Positions 15,923-25,986 of a stretch of 55,778 nucleotides of DNA are shown in pieces. The first letter of the stretch is position 1, and each line of letters opens with the position of its first letter. The notes beneath the pieces were generated by a model, which was not told where the DNA came from, searched no databases, and saw nothing but the letters and a program-made list of their open reading frames with translations. Location of the stretch: positions 1-55,778 of the forward strand of contig JBBRFT010000001.1 in assembly GCA_038241375.1 (NCBI GenBank), read 5' to 3'. Source of the DNA: Spirochaetota bacterium. Its GTDB lineage: Bacteria > Spirochaetota > UBA4802 > UBA5550. Made by a program: the position numbers and the translations under genes.

Positions 15923-17308
15923 ATGAAACTTAAAACTAAAATACTCGTTATTTTTGCTGTTACACTGATATTAAATATTTTTATTATTATCTTCGGACTC
16001 ACATATGTTCTCGACAGCCTTTCAACAAAAATGATGAAAAAACAGGCAGAAAATATTTCACTTTTTCTACAACACCGGATTGTTTCCTCTCTTACAGATC
16101 CGGATCACCAAAAAGCCCTGACAGCCATATCTTCGGATTTCATTATAGCAAAACATATCTCTGATGAAAGCAATGGATTCAAACTTAAAAAAATACTTCT
16201 TATAAAACCGGATTACAACGTCGAAGCCGGCTTTCCGGAAGAGGAAACCGGCACAAGCTATGCGTCTCATGAAGATATCCGCGCAGCATTTATTAACAAA
16301 AAAATGGAAACCGTTGTGGAATCAAATAAAGCTGATGATGGAACCATTTCAAAGGATATTGATGTTGTATCCTTTTTCACCACTGCAGAAGGATCTCCGT
16401 TGGTACTGGAGGTAAAACTGGACTTTGCTGAAAGCATAACACTACTTGAAGATCAGTACACAGCAATAGAAACCGGCGCGATTATCATAGCAATAGCACT
16501 TCTTATAGCTCTGCTTGGTGTACTGCTTTTCATAATGGGAAGAACAGCCATTAGACCCGTAATAAAAGTTACCGGCGCCATGGAAGAGGTCGGAAACGGC
16601 AATCTCGATATCAGACTTTCAGAAGAATCGAAAGATGAATTCGGACTTCTCGCTAAAAGGTTCAATGAAATGGTTTCCGGACTTAAGGAGAAGTTCCGTC
16701 TTTATAATTATGTATCGCAAGGTACGATTGACGCTGTTAAAGGATCTCTTGGAGATAGCGGTGGTCACCGTACATCTCGAAAAGTGCTTGTTCTTTTTTT
16801 CTCTGACATTAGAGGTTTTACAACCTATTCAGAAACAAGAGATCCGGAAATTGTAATCAATGTACTGAACAAAATACTATCTCTCCAGTCTGATATTATT
16901 CATAAATTCGGCGGTGATGTTGATAAATTTGTAGGTGATGAAGTAATGGCAATTTTCAGTGACCCTGCCGCAGCAATAGACGCAGCTCTTGAGATTCAGA
17001 AAAAAATGAATGAAGAGCGGCATAATCTTGATAATCTGCATATCGGTATAGGAGTGCATATGGGTGAAGTTATGCAGGGAGACGTGGGATCTTCAGATAT
17101 GCGCGACTTTACCGTAATCGGCGACAACGTCAATACTGCAGCAAGACTTGAATCAGTTGCCGGCAAAGATGAGATTCTTATCTCGGAACATATTGCAAAA
17201 AGTGAAAAAGTAAGATACAGCTATCTTCTTAAACCGAGAGGCGAACTTAAGCTTAAAGGTAAAGAGGTGACCATAAATACCTATCTGGTTACTGAAAAAA
17301 AAATTTAA
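15923..17308 (+). CDS. Membrane class III adenylate/guanylate cyclase with HAMP domain
   Basis: Two TM segments flank a periplasmic region, followed by HAMP. Cyclase blocks FFSDIRGFT, GDEVMAIF and VIGDNVNTAARLES. Confidence 0.85.
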   Translation: MKLKTKILVIFAVTLILNIFIIIFGLTYVLDSLSTKMMKKQAENISLFLQHRIVSSLTDPDHQKALTAISSDFIIAKHISDESNGFKLKKILLIKPDYNVEAGFPEEETGTSYASHEDIRAAFINKKMETVVESNKADDGTISKDIDVVSFFTTAEGSPLVLEVKLDFAESITLLEDQYTAIETGAIIIAIALLIALLGVLLFIMGRTAIRPVIKVTGAMEEVGNGNLDIRLSEESKDEFGLLAKRFNEMVSGLKEKFRLYNYVSQGTIDAVKGSLGDSGGHRTSRKVLVLFFSDIRGFTTYSETRDPEIVINVLNKILSLQSDIIHKFGGDVDKFVGDEVMAIFSDPAAAIDAALEIQKKMNEERHNLDNLHIGIGVHMGEVMQGDVGSSDMRDFTVIGDNVNTAARLESVAGKDEILISEHIAKSEKVRYSYLLKPRGELKLKGKEVTINTYLVTEKKI

Positions 17309-17370
17309 TTTAAATGAAATTTATGAAGGTCACTTTGTTAAGAATGATATTTTTTGAAGCTACTGATGTT

Positions 17371-17399
17371 TTGACAGTTCCGTTACGAGTAAGTACCAT
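17371..17399 (+). promoter_or_regulatory. Putative sigma70 promoter for the PAP2 gene
   Basis: TTGACA, a 17-nt spacer, then TACCAT, located 60 nt upstream of the ATG at 17460. Confidence 0.4.
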
Positions 17400-17459
17400 T
17401 ACGTCATGTTTCATGCAGGTTTAAAGCAGTTCTCTGTATAATTGCAAAACTTAGATAAT

Positions 17460-18272
17460 ATGAAACAGAGTAAAATTAAAATTTACGCCATATTCATGAT
17501 TTTTACGGCAATTATCTTATTCCCTCAAGCTGCCCTTTATTCATCACCGTATGAGTTATCCCCCATTGTTGACGGTACACTGACTGGTGCCGGTTTAACA
17601 CTCTTTGGAATATCTCTTTATACAGGAAAAAATGTCGAATCTCTTTCTGATGAGGAGATTGCTTCATTATCAAAAGATGACATTAACAATTTTGATCGTT
17701 CTGCAGCAGATAACTGGTCACCTGCTGCAGGTAAGTGGAGTGATATAGTTATTACACCGCTTATAATTTCGCCTCTTGGATTTCTTCTGGAGAATGAAAC
17801 AAGAAACGACTTTTTTATAATTGGTGTGATGTATGGAGAATCAATCCTTATTACTCAAGGTTTGACCGGTACTGCAAAAAACATTATACAACGAGAACGA
17901 CCCTTCACATATAATTCCGATGCACCATACTTAAATAAAAAGGATAAAGATGCAGTACGCTCTTTTTATTCCGGTCACTCTGCAAATGCATTTAATTCAG
18001 CTGTTTTTGTCAGTACAGTTTTCTCTGACTATTATCCCCATAGTTTATGGCGCTATGCAGTGTGGGGAACAACTCTCTCCACTGCTGCACTTACAGGATA
18101 TTTGCGATATAAGGCGGGTATGCACTATCCATCTGATATATTCACTGGCGCGGCAATCGGCAGTTCTATAGGATATCTTGTACCGATGCTGCATCGTACC
18201 GGCAATAAAAATATTTCGTTGCAGGTAATAATTGGAGAAGAAAAGATTATTGCTCTGCTTTTTGCCTTCTAA
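17460..18272 (+). CDS. PAP2-superfamily phosphatase (membrane)
   Basis: Three PAP2 motifs are present: K...RERPF, SGHS and RYKAGMHYPSD. I prefer the ATG at 17460 to the TTG at 17442. Confidence 0.8.
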   Translation: MKQSKIKIYAIFMIFTAIILFPQAALYSSPYELSPIVDGTLTGAGLTLFGISLYTGKNVESLSDEEIASLSKDDINNFDRSAADNWSPAAGKWSDIVITPLIISPLGFLLENETRNDFFIIGVMYGESILITQGLTGTAKNIIQRERPFTYNSDAPYLNKKDKDAVRSFYSGHSANAFNSAVFVSTVFSDYYPHSLWRYAVWGTTLSTAALTGYLRYKAGMHYPSDIFTGAAIGSSIGYLVPMLHRTGNKNISLQVIIGEEKIIALLFAF

Positions 18273-18324
18273 AAATCTATTCACCAGATTTGAACCTGTT
18301 ACTATATTATTTACCGGAGAGAAT

Positions 18325-18528
18325 ATGCCGTCAAAAATTTTTTTTACCAGTAGTTATATGATAAATACCACTTTTCTACCTGAGAATAGATTCGTCGGAT
18401 CAGCTGAGCTTCTTAACTCCTTTGCAACTGCACTGAACCTTGAACCTGACCGAAACGGATTTATTTCAATCCTTGTGAAGAAAAAGAAGCTCTACAATAT
18501 AAAACAGAAGGATAAAAATCCTTTATGA
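18325..18528 (+). CDS. Small hypothetical protein (67 aa)
   Basis: GGAGAG RBS. Its stop overlaps the next start (ATGA), which suggests translational coupling. No recognisable domain. Confidence 0.35.
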   Translation: MPSKIFFTSSYMINTTFLPENRFVGSAELLNSFATALNLEPDRNGFISILVKKKKLYNIKQKDKNPL

Positions 18529-19526
18529 TTCTAAAAATTACTTATACTATACTGTTGCTGATCACCTCCGCAATAATACTTATGCCGGGCTATGCAGATG
18601 AGACTGATAAGTCCGCGGTCAGTCTCTTTGATGAACCTCTTACCGTAAGATTCTCTCTCGAAGTGCCGATTTTTCTTTTATGTTTAAAACCTGATATAGG
18701 AGAAAACGAATCTGTGAGGGACGAAAAAATACGTGAAGATTCGCATATCACATATATGCCGGACATGAGAGTAAACGGCGGTCTCGGTCTTTACTACAAA
18801 GGGTTTGGAGCCTCTTATGTCAGTAAAATTTTCAATATTACTGCAGGAAGAAACAAAGCAGTTACTAATTATACGGATATACGACTGAAAAATTATTACA
18901 GAAAATTCGGTGCCGACCTGGTTTATATGGATTATAAAGGATTCTATTTAGCAGATAATAAAAGTCACGGCTACTCCGCCGAAGATCCGGAAACAAAGAG
19001 ATCAGATATTCACTTACGGACCCTCTCTGCCTCAGCATTTTATATCTTTTCGGATAATTTTTCGTTCAATGCTGCCTTCATGCAAAGTGAAAGACAGAAT
19101 GTATGGGACTGGACCCTGCTTGGAGTTTTTTCTGCAGTTCATCAATCTCTATCTGGCGAATACTCACTAATTCCGGGTAAGAATGAACCGGCATTCGGTA
19201 ACAATTCCGGAATAAATTCGGGTGAATTCAGCGGGGCGGCTGCAGGAGCGGGATTCGGGATTACTGTTCCATACCAGAATTACCTGTTCACTGCTGTGTC
19301 CTATTTCGGCAACGGTTATATGCACCGCTCATATGAGACTTTCCAAGGGGAAAAAACAGTTTACGATGGATTCTACAGGATTAACGCAAAAGCATCAATA
19401 GGATATACCGGTAACAGTTACTTCTTCGGCATGTCTTTTGTATTTGACAGTATAGCAAATTATTCCGGGATCAGGATTCTGACCAACACATATACTACTG
19501 AACTCTACAGCGGTTTCCGTATTTAA
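18525..19526 (+). CDS. Secreted hypothetical protein, possibly an outer-membrane beta-barrel
   Basis: Signal peptide, an alternating aromatic/Gly-rich pattern, and an aromatic-rich C-terminus. Similarity to the DUF4421 type is a weak recollection only. Confidence 0.55.
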   Translation: MILKITYTILLLITSAIILMPGYADETDKSAVSLFDEPLTVRFSLEVPIFLLCLKPDIGENESVRDEKIREDSHITYMPDMRVNGGLGLYYKGFGASYVSKIFNITAGRNKAVTNYTDIRLKNYYRKFGADLVYMDYKGFYLADNKSHGYSAEDPETKRSDIHLRTLSASAFYIFSDNFSFNAAFMQSERQNVWDWTLLGVFSAVHQSLSGEYSLIPGKNEPAFGNNSGINSGEFSGAAAGAGFGITVPYQNYLFTAVSYFGNGYMHRSYETFQGEKTVYDGFYRINAKASIGYTGNSYFFGMSFVFDSIANYSGIRILTNTYTTELYSGFRI

Positions 19527-19777
19527 CTATTCACAGCAGAGTCTTCCCGTCTAATCGAAACCAGACAGACTGATTTTTTAAAAATATCATATTTGAAAAA
19601 GCCCGGAACAAGTACCTGTTAATTATTTTTTCGATCTTCATATTAAGATTCTCTAACCCGATGTTCTCTACATTATTAAAGGTTAGTCATACTAAAATAA
19701 TTTATAAATCAGGAGTGAATACATCTGGAAGGTATATAGATTTAAAGTCACTGCTGAAAATATCAGAACCATAAACC

Positions 19778-20665
19778 CTAAATTACAACATTCCCGAATA
19801 TATGATATTTCACATTATTCTTTCCGTTTTCTTTTACTGAGTACATGACAGCATCCGCCGTTTTTACAAGTTCATCAAAAGTATAATTATTGTCTCTGCA
19901 AGTTACAACGCCGATACTTAAAGATATGGGCCACCGGTTTTTTCTCACATCATCCATAAGAATATTCTGTATTTTATTGATAACTTCGCAAACATGATCC
20001 TCCCCTGTTTCGGGAAGCAATATGGCAAATTCATCTCCTCCTAAACGTGAAAGAACATCATATATTCTAAGATTTTCCCTGATCGAACCGGTAACAATTT
20101 TCAGCAATTCATCACCAGCTGAGTGACCAAGCGTATCGTTGATTGTTTTGAAATTATCTATATCAATATAAGCCAGAGAGACAGGTCTTTGAAAACGCTG
20201 CGACCTTTCAATTTCATTAACAGCCAATTTATAAAAATATCTACGATTAATCGCTCCGGTCAGAGGATCGGTGCGTGCAAATATTTTTTCATTGTCATAT
20301 AACTTTCTGATGGTTGATAAAAAATATGAAATAAGCAGATAATAAAGAACAGCCGCTGTCGTATTCCAGGCGGCAATTGAATAAGGCATATCATAATCAT
20401 CTGATTTGAAATCGGCAATCATAAGAACTATACCGCTGAGGATAGAAATAAAATATGCATCACGACGTCCGGAATACCATGCCAAAAGCGATATTGGCAA
20501 TAGATAGAATATAGAAAGCGATATTTCATAACCTGTTATGAAATCTATATAACCAAGCAGCAAAACAAAAATCATACTGATCAGAATCCATAACCACCGG
20601 TATGAAAACTTAATAAGACCCATTCCGTTTTCCTGTGTTAAATTATTATTTAATAATGAATTCAA
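19778..20665 (-). CDS. Membrane diguanylate cyclase (GGDEF)
   Basis: About 4 N-terminal TM helices, DPLTGAINRRYF, and the active-site sequence RLGGDEFAILL. Confidence 0.85.
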   Translation of the reverse strand: MNSLLNNNLTQENGMGLIKFSYRWLWILISMIFVLLLGYIDFITGYEISLSIFYLLPISLLAWYSGRRDAYFISILSGIVLMIADFKSDDYDMPYSIAAWNTTAAVLYYLLISYFLSTIRKLYDNEKIFARTDPLTGAINRRYFYKLAVNEIERSQRFQRPVSLAYIDIDNFKTINDTLGHSAGDELLKIVTGSIRENLRIYDVLSRLGGDEFAILLPETGEDHVCEVINKIQNILMDDVRKNRWPISLSIGVVTCRDNNYTFDELVKTADAVMYSVKENGKNNVKYHIFGNVVI

Positions 20666-20769
20666 TTGTTTTCACTCCCAATAAATTTAACTTTTTATAA
20701 ACATAACATTTCAATCCCTCCCGCCTTCGGCAGCAGGGAAATCAAAATAATTTCATACAATTGATGCTA

Positions 20770-21222
20770 TTACTTGATTTTTTTATTTTCAAGTATTTCC
20801 AGTATTCTGCTTATAGCTGCATCCTGTGCTTCTAAATGATTTAATATAATTTTTATCTCCTCTTCTGATTTCATATCAATCTGATAATCATTATGAGCTT
20901 CTATCCGGTCTTTTTCTGAAATTCTATTCTGGCTCATCATCAGCACCGGCGCGGCATAGGCAGCCTGAAGCGATAAAAAAAGATTTAACAGAATAAACGG
21001 ATACGGATCCCATAGATTTTTGTGCAGTGCAGAATTAATTATAATCCAAATAGAAATTATAACTGATTGTAGAATTATAAATCTCCATGAACCTAGAATT
21101 CTCGCGACAAAATCAGCGACCTTCTGCCCGAGAGTCATTCGGTCTTCAATGAGTTCATTTACATTTTTTATTGCAGGATGCTGATGCTTATAATGATTTG
21201 GAAATGTGATTTTATTTAGCAT
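20770..21222 (-). CDS. DUF1003 family membrane protein
   Basis: FVARILGSWRFII, then PYPFILLNLFLSLQAAYAAPVLMMSQNR, typical of DUF1003. Confidence 0.7.
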   Translation of the reverse strand: MLNKITFPNHYKHQHPAIKNVNELIEDRMTLGQKVADFVARILGSWRFIILQSVIISIWIIINSALHKNLWDPYPFILLNLFLSLQAAYAAPVLMMSQNRISEKDRIEAHNDYQIDMKSEEEIKIILNHLEAQDAAISRILEILENKKIK

Positions 21223-21238
21223 TTAAAAAACCTCTAGA

Positions 21239-21799
21239 TTATTGTTTATCAAGATTTCTTCTTCTAACAATTCTTCTTATTATAAAAACGACTGCGATAA
21301 TTACAATAACTACAGAACCTATAATTTCAATTCTTTTAATATCCCCGATAATAACTTCAACCGTATGCCCGAAAAAATAACCAAGGAATCCTATAGAGAC
21401 AGCCCACAGTATCGCACTTATCAGATTCAGTATAAAAAATTTTAAAACAGGAATACCGGACATGCCGATGACAAAAGGAGCAATAGTCCTTAAGCCGTAT
21501 ATGAACCGGAAAATGAGAATAACAAAAATATCATACTTGTTAAGTAATAACTGAAACCGCTCGATACGCTTTTTCGATTTAATTAATTTTTTTTCAACAA
21601 ATCCGCTTTTTGTTCTTCCTATGAAATAATAAAGCTGATCGCCCAGGAAACTCCCGAAAAACGCGGCAAGAATTACGATCTTTATATTTAAATAATTCTG
21701 GTGTGCAAGAAAAGCGCCTATAAGAAGAACAGTTTCACCTTCAAAAAAAGTCCCTGCTCCTATTATGATGTATCCATATGTCGAAATAAGATGTTCCAT
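21239..21799 (-). CDS. DedA/SNARE-associated family membrane protein
   Basis: FFEGETVLL..G, GDQLYYFIGR and RFIYGLRTIAPFVIG blocks. Confidence 0.8.
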   Translation of the reverse strand: MEHLISTYGYIIIGAGTFFEGETVLLIGAFLAHQNYLNIKIVILAAFFGSFLGDQLYYFIGRTKSGFVEKKLIKSKKRIERFQLLLNKYDIFVILIFRFIYGLRTIAPFVIGMSGIPVLKFFILNLISAILWAVSIGFLGYFFGHTVEVIIGDIKRIEIIGSVVIVIIAVVFIIRRIVRRRNLDKQ

Positions 21800-21923
21800 T
21801 AGTAAAGAATATCTTAAAAGAAGTAATTAATCAAGTGGTTTTTATAATTTTCAAAAATTCCATGATCAGTATTTCCTATTCGATCTTTCTTCCATTTATT
21901 ACTACTAATCACTGCAGATTAAA

Positions 21924-22113
21924 CTACTCCTCTCCCCGGGATTTCAGAAACTTCATCATCTCTTCATCAAAATTAATCTTAACAAAATAAAGTTTTCCCG
22001 TAACTGTCGGCACAATCAACCTTCGCCCCGGTATCAAGCCGCACTCGTACAAGTTCTATTTCTGAATGATTCATTGCAAGAAGCAGCGCCGTTTCATCGC
22101 TACTGTTCAAGTC
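21924..22113 (-). pseudogene. Ankyrin-repeat gene remnant (no start codon, frameshifted)
   Basis: The minus-strand frame reads DLNSSDETALLLAMNHSEIELVRVRLDTGAKVDCADSYGKTLFC-stop, which fits the ANK consensus. A C-terminal piece, INFDEEMMKFLKSRGEE-stop, continues in another frame. Confidence 0.5.
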
Positions 22114-22173
22114 TTAAAAAGAAACTTTAAGCCATATCAGTTCATATGCCAGATCTAAACCGGTATTATCCCG

Positions 22174-22199
22174 AAGTACCAGTCAATTAAATTTTGCAC
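22174..22199 (-). repeat. 26-nt box, copy C (GTGCAAAATTTAATTGACTGGTACTT on the minus strand)
   Basis: 23 of 26 positions are identical to the box inside repeat A (43143-43168). It is also similar to the box in repeat B (49701-49726). Confidence 0.5.
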
Positions 22200-22224
22200 A
22201 TGACAATAATCTGTAGAATAAAAC

Positions 22225-24093
22225 CTATGATACTTTAAAAGTCATAATAAATTTTGTTCCTGCCCCACCTTCAATCACCATGTTTCCGCTTATCTGTTCG
22301 ATTAGCATATTTACAAGATTCAGGCCGAAACCTGTATCACCGTCACATTTTATATCTTCCGGCAATCCAATACCGTTATCCTCAACGATCAGGCAGGCCA
22401 TATCATCTTTCAGTGACATGGTTACATTAATTATCCCGTTGTCTCTCCCTACAAAAGCATGTTTCATAATATTTGTAAGCAGCTCATTGATAATAATTCC
22501 AAGAGGCGCCAACAGACTTACGTTGAGAATAAAATCTTCAATATCGGTATTCAGATTTACAATCTCCCGTTTCGGGAAGTTGCAGATTATCTCCTCTGTT
22601 AATGTCTGAAAATAATCTCTGACTGAAAGTTCCCTGTAATTCTCGGAACAATAGAGCTTGTCATATAAAATGATCATGCTCTGAATACGGTTTTCCACAT
22701 CCCCCAGCATCGGAGCATATGACTGATCGCTCAGGTTATTGATCTGAAGTGTAAGCAGTCCTTTGATGGTATTCATGTTGTTTTTAATGCGGTGGTGTAC
22801 CTCTTTAAGCAGCAGTTCTTTCTCTTTCAGAAGGTTATGTATCTTTTCTTCAGCAATTTTTCGGTCTGTGATGTTTTTTGTAAAACCAAGGTATCGTGTG
22901 TCTGAAAGTTTAACTCCGTCGACTGACCACCATCTTTTTTCACCGTCTTTATGGAGAAATTCAAACTCACTGCTTACGTGCCCGGTTTCTTTAAGCTTTA
23001 TAAAAACCTGCATATCTTTCCCGACAGTTTCAGAAGCCAGGAGATCGGGGATTGACATTGAGATGAGTTCTGCTTCGGTATACCCGGTTATTGCTGAAGC
23101 TGCTGGATTTACCTCGAGATATTTACCATTCTCATCCGCAACAAAGATTCCGTCTGGTGAATTGTCGATGTAACTGCGGAATTTAGCTTCACTCCGTTTG
23201 AGCAGCTCTTCGCGCTGAAAAATATCCGCAGTAGCGCGTTTGACTTTTATCCTTAAAAGAATTGTAAATGAAAAGAAAATAAAAGCAATTAATCCGAGAG
23301 CAGCGGCAGAATATTTGATCCATTGAGGAATGATCTCAATTGTTCCAACATTGCCATGCGACCATTTCTGACGCGATTTATTGAAAACTGAATTTTCCTG
23401 ATGTTTCCATTTATTAAGATAGCTGTCCAGAAGTTCAAGCAGTTCAGTGTTTTTACCATCTGCTGCGGCAAAATAAATATCAAAGGGACTAAATACAACT
23501 CCGGTTGACCGTATTCCGTATTCACTCTGTTTCGAAACTCCGTATGTGCAGTTTACTACACCGGCATCAGTTTTTTTGTCAGCAACAGCCTGGAATACTT
23601 CATCGAATGAGGCAAATTCAACTATTTCAACAACTATATGAAATTTTTTTACCATATCGATAAAATTATATGCATTGAAATCATTTTTCATTACAGCAAC
23701 TTTTTTTTCATTCATTTCTGTAATATTATCAATATCGGATTTAAGCGGAACATATAGTTCGCTCCAGACAGTGAGAAGAGGAGTTTTGCAGTAATCAAGG
23801 TAAAGAGCGCGTTCAGGAGTGTAAGCAACACTTGTGAGAATATCGACTTCTCCGGTTTTTATACGTTCTAAGCCCTCGCTCCATGAGCCCCAGATGTATT
23901 CAAAACGTATATTTTCCTTCGCGGCGATTTCCGCAAGGGAATCTACATAAAATCCTTTAATAACACCATCGGTATCCATAAATATTCCGGGGTAAAAGTT
24001 AAAAGCTCCGACTCGGACAACCCGCGGTTCAGCAGCGTATAATGAAATATGTATCAGAAAAAGTAAAACAACGGAAACAAATTTAATTTTCAT
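22225..24093 (-). CDS. Sensor histidine kinase: periplasmic solute-binding (SBP_bac_3-like) domain - TM - PAS - HisKA_2 - HATPase
   Basis: Signal peptide, an amino-acid-binding-protein-like domain, a PAS domain (GIFVADENGKYLEVNPA), the H-box HHRIKNNMN, and EDNGIGLP. Confidence 0.8.
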   Translation of the reverse strand: MKIKFVSVVLLFLIHISLYAAEPRVVRVGAFNFYPGIFMDTDGVIKGFYVDSLAEIAAKENIRFEYIWGSWSEGLERIKTGEVDILTSVAYTPERALYLDYCKTPLLTVWSELYVPLKSDIDNITEMNEKKVAVMKNDFNAYNFIDMVKKFHIVVEIVEFASFDEVFQAVADKKTDAGVVNCTYGVSKQSEYGIRSTGVVFSPFDIYFAAADGKNTELLELLDSYLNKWKHQENSVFNKSRQKWSHGNVGTIEIIPQWIKYSAAALGLIAFIFFSFTILLRIKVKRATADIFQREELLKRSEAKFRSYIDNSPDGIFVADENGKYLEVNPAASAITGYTEAELISMSIPDLLASETVGKDMQVFIKLKETGHVSSEFEFLHKDGEKRWWSVDGVKLSDTRYLGFTKNITDRKIAEEKIHNLLKEKELLLKEVHHRIKNNMNTIKGLLTLQINNLSDQSYAPMLGDVENRIQSMIILYDKLYCSENYRELSVRDYFQTLTEEIICNFPKREIVNLNTDIEDFILNVSLLAPLGIIINELLTNIMKHAFVGRDNGIINVTMSLKDDMACLIVEDNGIGLPEDIKCDGDTGFGLNLVNMLIEQISGNMVIEGGAGTKFIMTFKVS

Positions 24094-24288
24094 TCTATCC
24101 CCGGGAAATATAAAAACCTCTGAAAGTTCTCTGATTATGTATATTTATTTTTTAATCAACAGATGCATAATAATTATAATAGAGTTTAAGTATAACAACT
24201 CTTTTGTAAATTGCAAGAATTATAATTTCTGACGAGTATATCAGAATCAATTTGTGTTGAACGAAAAATTAGGGCGGCTTAATCGGTA

Positions 24289-24369
24289 ACTGCTCAAAAA
24301 CCAGTGATAAAATCGTTCTCTGCATCGCCTAAGGCCCTGCAGAGATAAAATGTCACAGGTTTATGAGTA
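24289..24369 (+). repeat. Conserved intergenic element, copy 2 (candidate structured RNA / cis-regulatory element)
   Basis: Same ordered blocks as 43-113. The central stem is CTCTGCA/TGCAGAG. The flanks CUCAAAAAC and GUUUAUGAG are complementary at 8 of 9 positions. Confidence 0.5.
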
Positions 24370-24415
24370 GATAGACTTAATTTTTTCAAAAAACATATAA
24401 ATTCATATTTAATTC

Positions 24416-24446
24416 TTGACTTTATAGACGACCGGTCGTTTATTGT
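24416..24446 (+). promoter_or_regulatory. Promoter with a palindromic operator upstream of the TetR gene
   Basis: TTGACT at 24416-24421. The perfect 12-bp palindrome ACGACCGGTCGT sits at 24428-24439 within the spacer. A weak -10 (TTTATT or TATTGT) follows. Confidence 0.45.
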
Positions 24447-25044
24447 GAGTATGAAGATGAAAAAAATTAATACCAGAACAAATCTACTCGAAGCCGGCCT
24501 TAAGCTTTTCGGTGAAAAGGGATATCATGGAACAGGCCTGAAAGAGATTGTTGAGAGCCTTGGAATACCTAAGGGTTCATTTTACACCTATTTCGAAAGC
24601 AAAGAAAATTTCACCCGCGAAATAGTCCTGCATTACGCAGAACTTCTTGAAGAGATGTGGGAAAGGTGCGTATCGGCTGGACCGGATGACGATCCGATTC
24701 AGATGCTTCAGAACTCATTTGAACATATGATTTCACTCCAGGAATCAAAAGAAGTGCAGACGGGATGTCTCATCGGCAATCTGGCTGGAGAAATTGCCGA
24801 ATCGAGTGAAATATGCCGCTTAACTCTTAATGAAGTAAAAGAACTATGGTGCAGCAGAATATCTTTTCATCTCGCCCGGGCGCAGCAATTGGGGAAAGCG
24901 AGAAATGATCTTTCCGCAGATGAACTTGCCGGTTTCTGCTGGGATGTCTGGGAAGGTGCGCTCTTGCGGATGAAAATAGAAAAATCAACAGATTCAATAC
25001 GCAAAACGATTACCATACTTTTTAAAAGTTTTTTAAAACCGTGA
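24445..25044 (+). CDS. TetR/AcrR family transcriptional regulator
   Basis: N-terminal HTH, LLEAGLKLFGEKGYHGTGLKEIVESLGIPKGSFYTYFESKE. The start is uncertain (GTG 24445, ATG 24451 or ATG 24457). Confidence 0.85.
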   Translation: MSMKMKKINTRTNLLEAGLKLFGEKGYHGTGLKEIVESLGIPKGSFYTYFESKENFTREIVLHYAELLEEMWERCVSAGPDDDPIQMLQNSFEHMISLQESKEVQTGCLIGNLAGEIAESSEICRLTLNEVKELWCSRISFHLARAQQLGKARNDLSADELAGFCWDVWEGALLRMKIEKSTDSIRKTITILFKSFLKP

Positions 25045-25121
25045 TGGATTAATCCATAAACTTTATTCGCTAAACTATAAGTTTTTAGATTAAGTTTAAG
25101 ACAAACATATTAAAGAGGGAA

Positions 25122-25952
25122 ATGAACATGAATCTTTTTACAATAGATGAAAACAAATGTACAAAATGCAGCATATGTGCGAAGGAGTGTCCCGCGCAGG
25201 TTATCCAGACTCCGGCAAAAGAGAAATTCCCCGCTCCTGCAAATGAAGCGGAAAACTTCTGTATTAAGTGCGGTCATTGCGTATCGGTATGCCCCGAGGG
25301 AGCTTTCGCGCTAAATTTTATGAATCCTGCTGATTGCACTCCGGTGATGAATAATCTTCTGCCCGGTGAGAATAGCATTGCTGAATTTCTAAAATCGAGA
25401 CGTTCCGTGCGGAGATTCAGTAGTAAAACTGTAAGTCACGAAGCTCTTGCCGATCTGGTAGATGTTGCCCGATATGCTCCAACTGGAAGCAACAAACAGC
25501 AGGTTAACTGGACAATATTTGAAGACTCGAAAGATGTTAACCATCTCTCTTCACTTACAATAGATTGGACTAAATCAATAGCGGATAAAATACCAGACCC
25601 GGCAACAGCAAAAAGAATGGCAAGGCTCGCGGCGGGATGGGACAGCGGGAGAGACACTGTACTTCATGGATCACCTCACGTCATAATTGTACACGCACAG
25701 GCCGATCTACCGTCCGCTCATAGTGACTGTATCATTGCATTAACATATCTGGAGCTATATGCATACTCAAAAGGATTAGGAACATGCTTTGCGGGATATC
25801 TCACTACTGCAGCTAATTCATACTCACCGTTATCTGAAGCGATCAATCTCCCGACGGGACATAAATGTTTCGGGGCTGTGATGATCGGATATCCTCAATA
25901 CAAATACAACCTGATACCTGAACGGAATCAATCCGTCATAAACTGGCGTTAA
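25122..25952 (+). CDS. Nitroreductase-family protein with N-terminal 2x[4Fe-4S] ferredoxin motifs
   Basis: CTKCSICAKECP and CIKCGHCVSVCP, then nitroreductase blocks RRSVRRF and APTGSNKQ. The ATG at 25128 has the better RBS spacing. Confidence 0.8.
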   Translation: MNMNLFTIDENKCTKCSICAKECPAQVIQTPAKEKFPAPANEAENFCIKCGHCVSVCPEGAFALNFMNPADCTPVMNNLLPGENSIAEFLKSRRSVRRFSSKTVSHEALADLVDVARYAPTGSNKQQVNWTIFEDSKDVNHLSSLTIDWTKSIADKIPDPATAKRMARLAAGWDSGRDTVLHGSPHVIIVHAQADLPSAHSDCIIALTYLELYAYSKGLGTCFAGYLTTAANSYSPLSEAINLPTGHKCFGAVMIGYPQYKYNLIPERNQSVINWR

Positions 25953-25986
25953 CAATAACAATAAAAGAAATAAAAGGAAAAATAAA

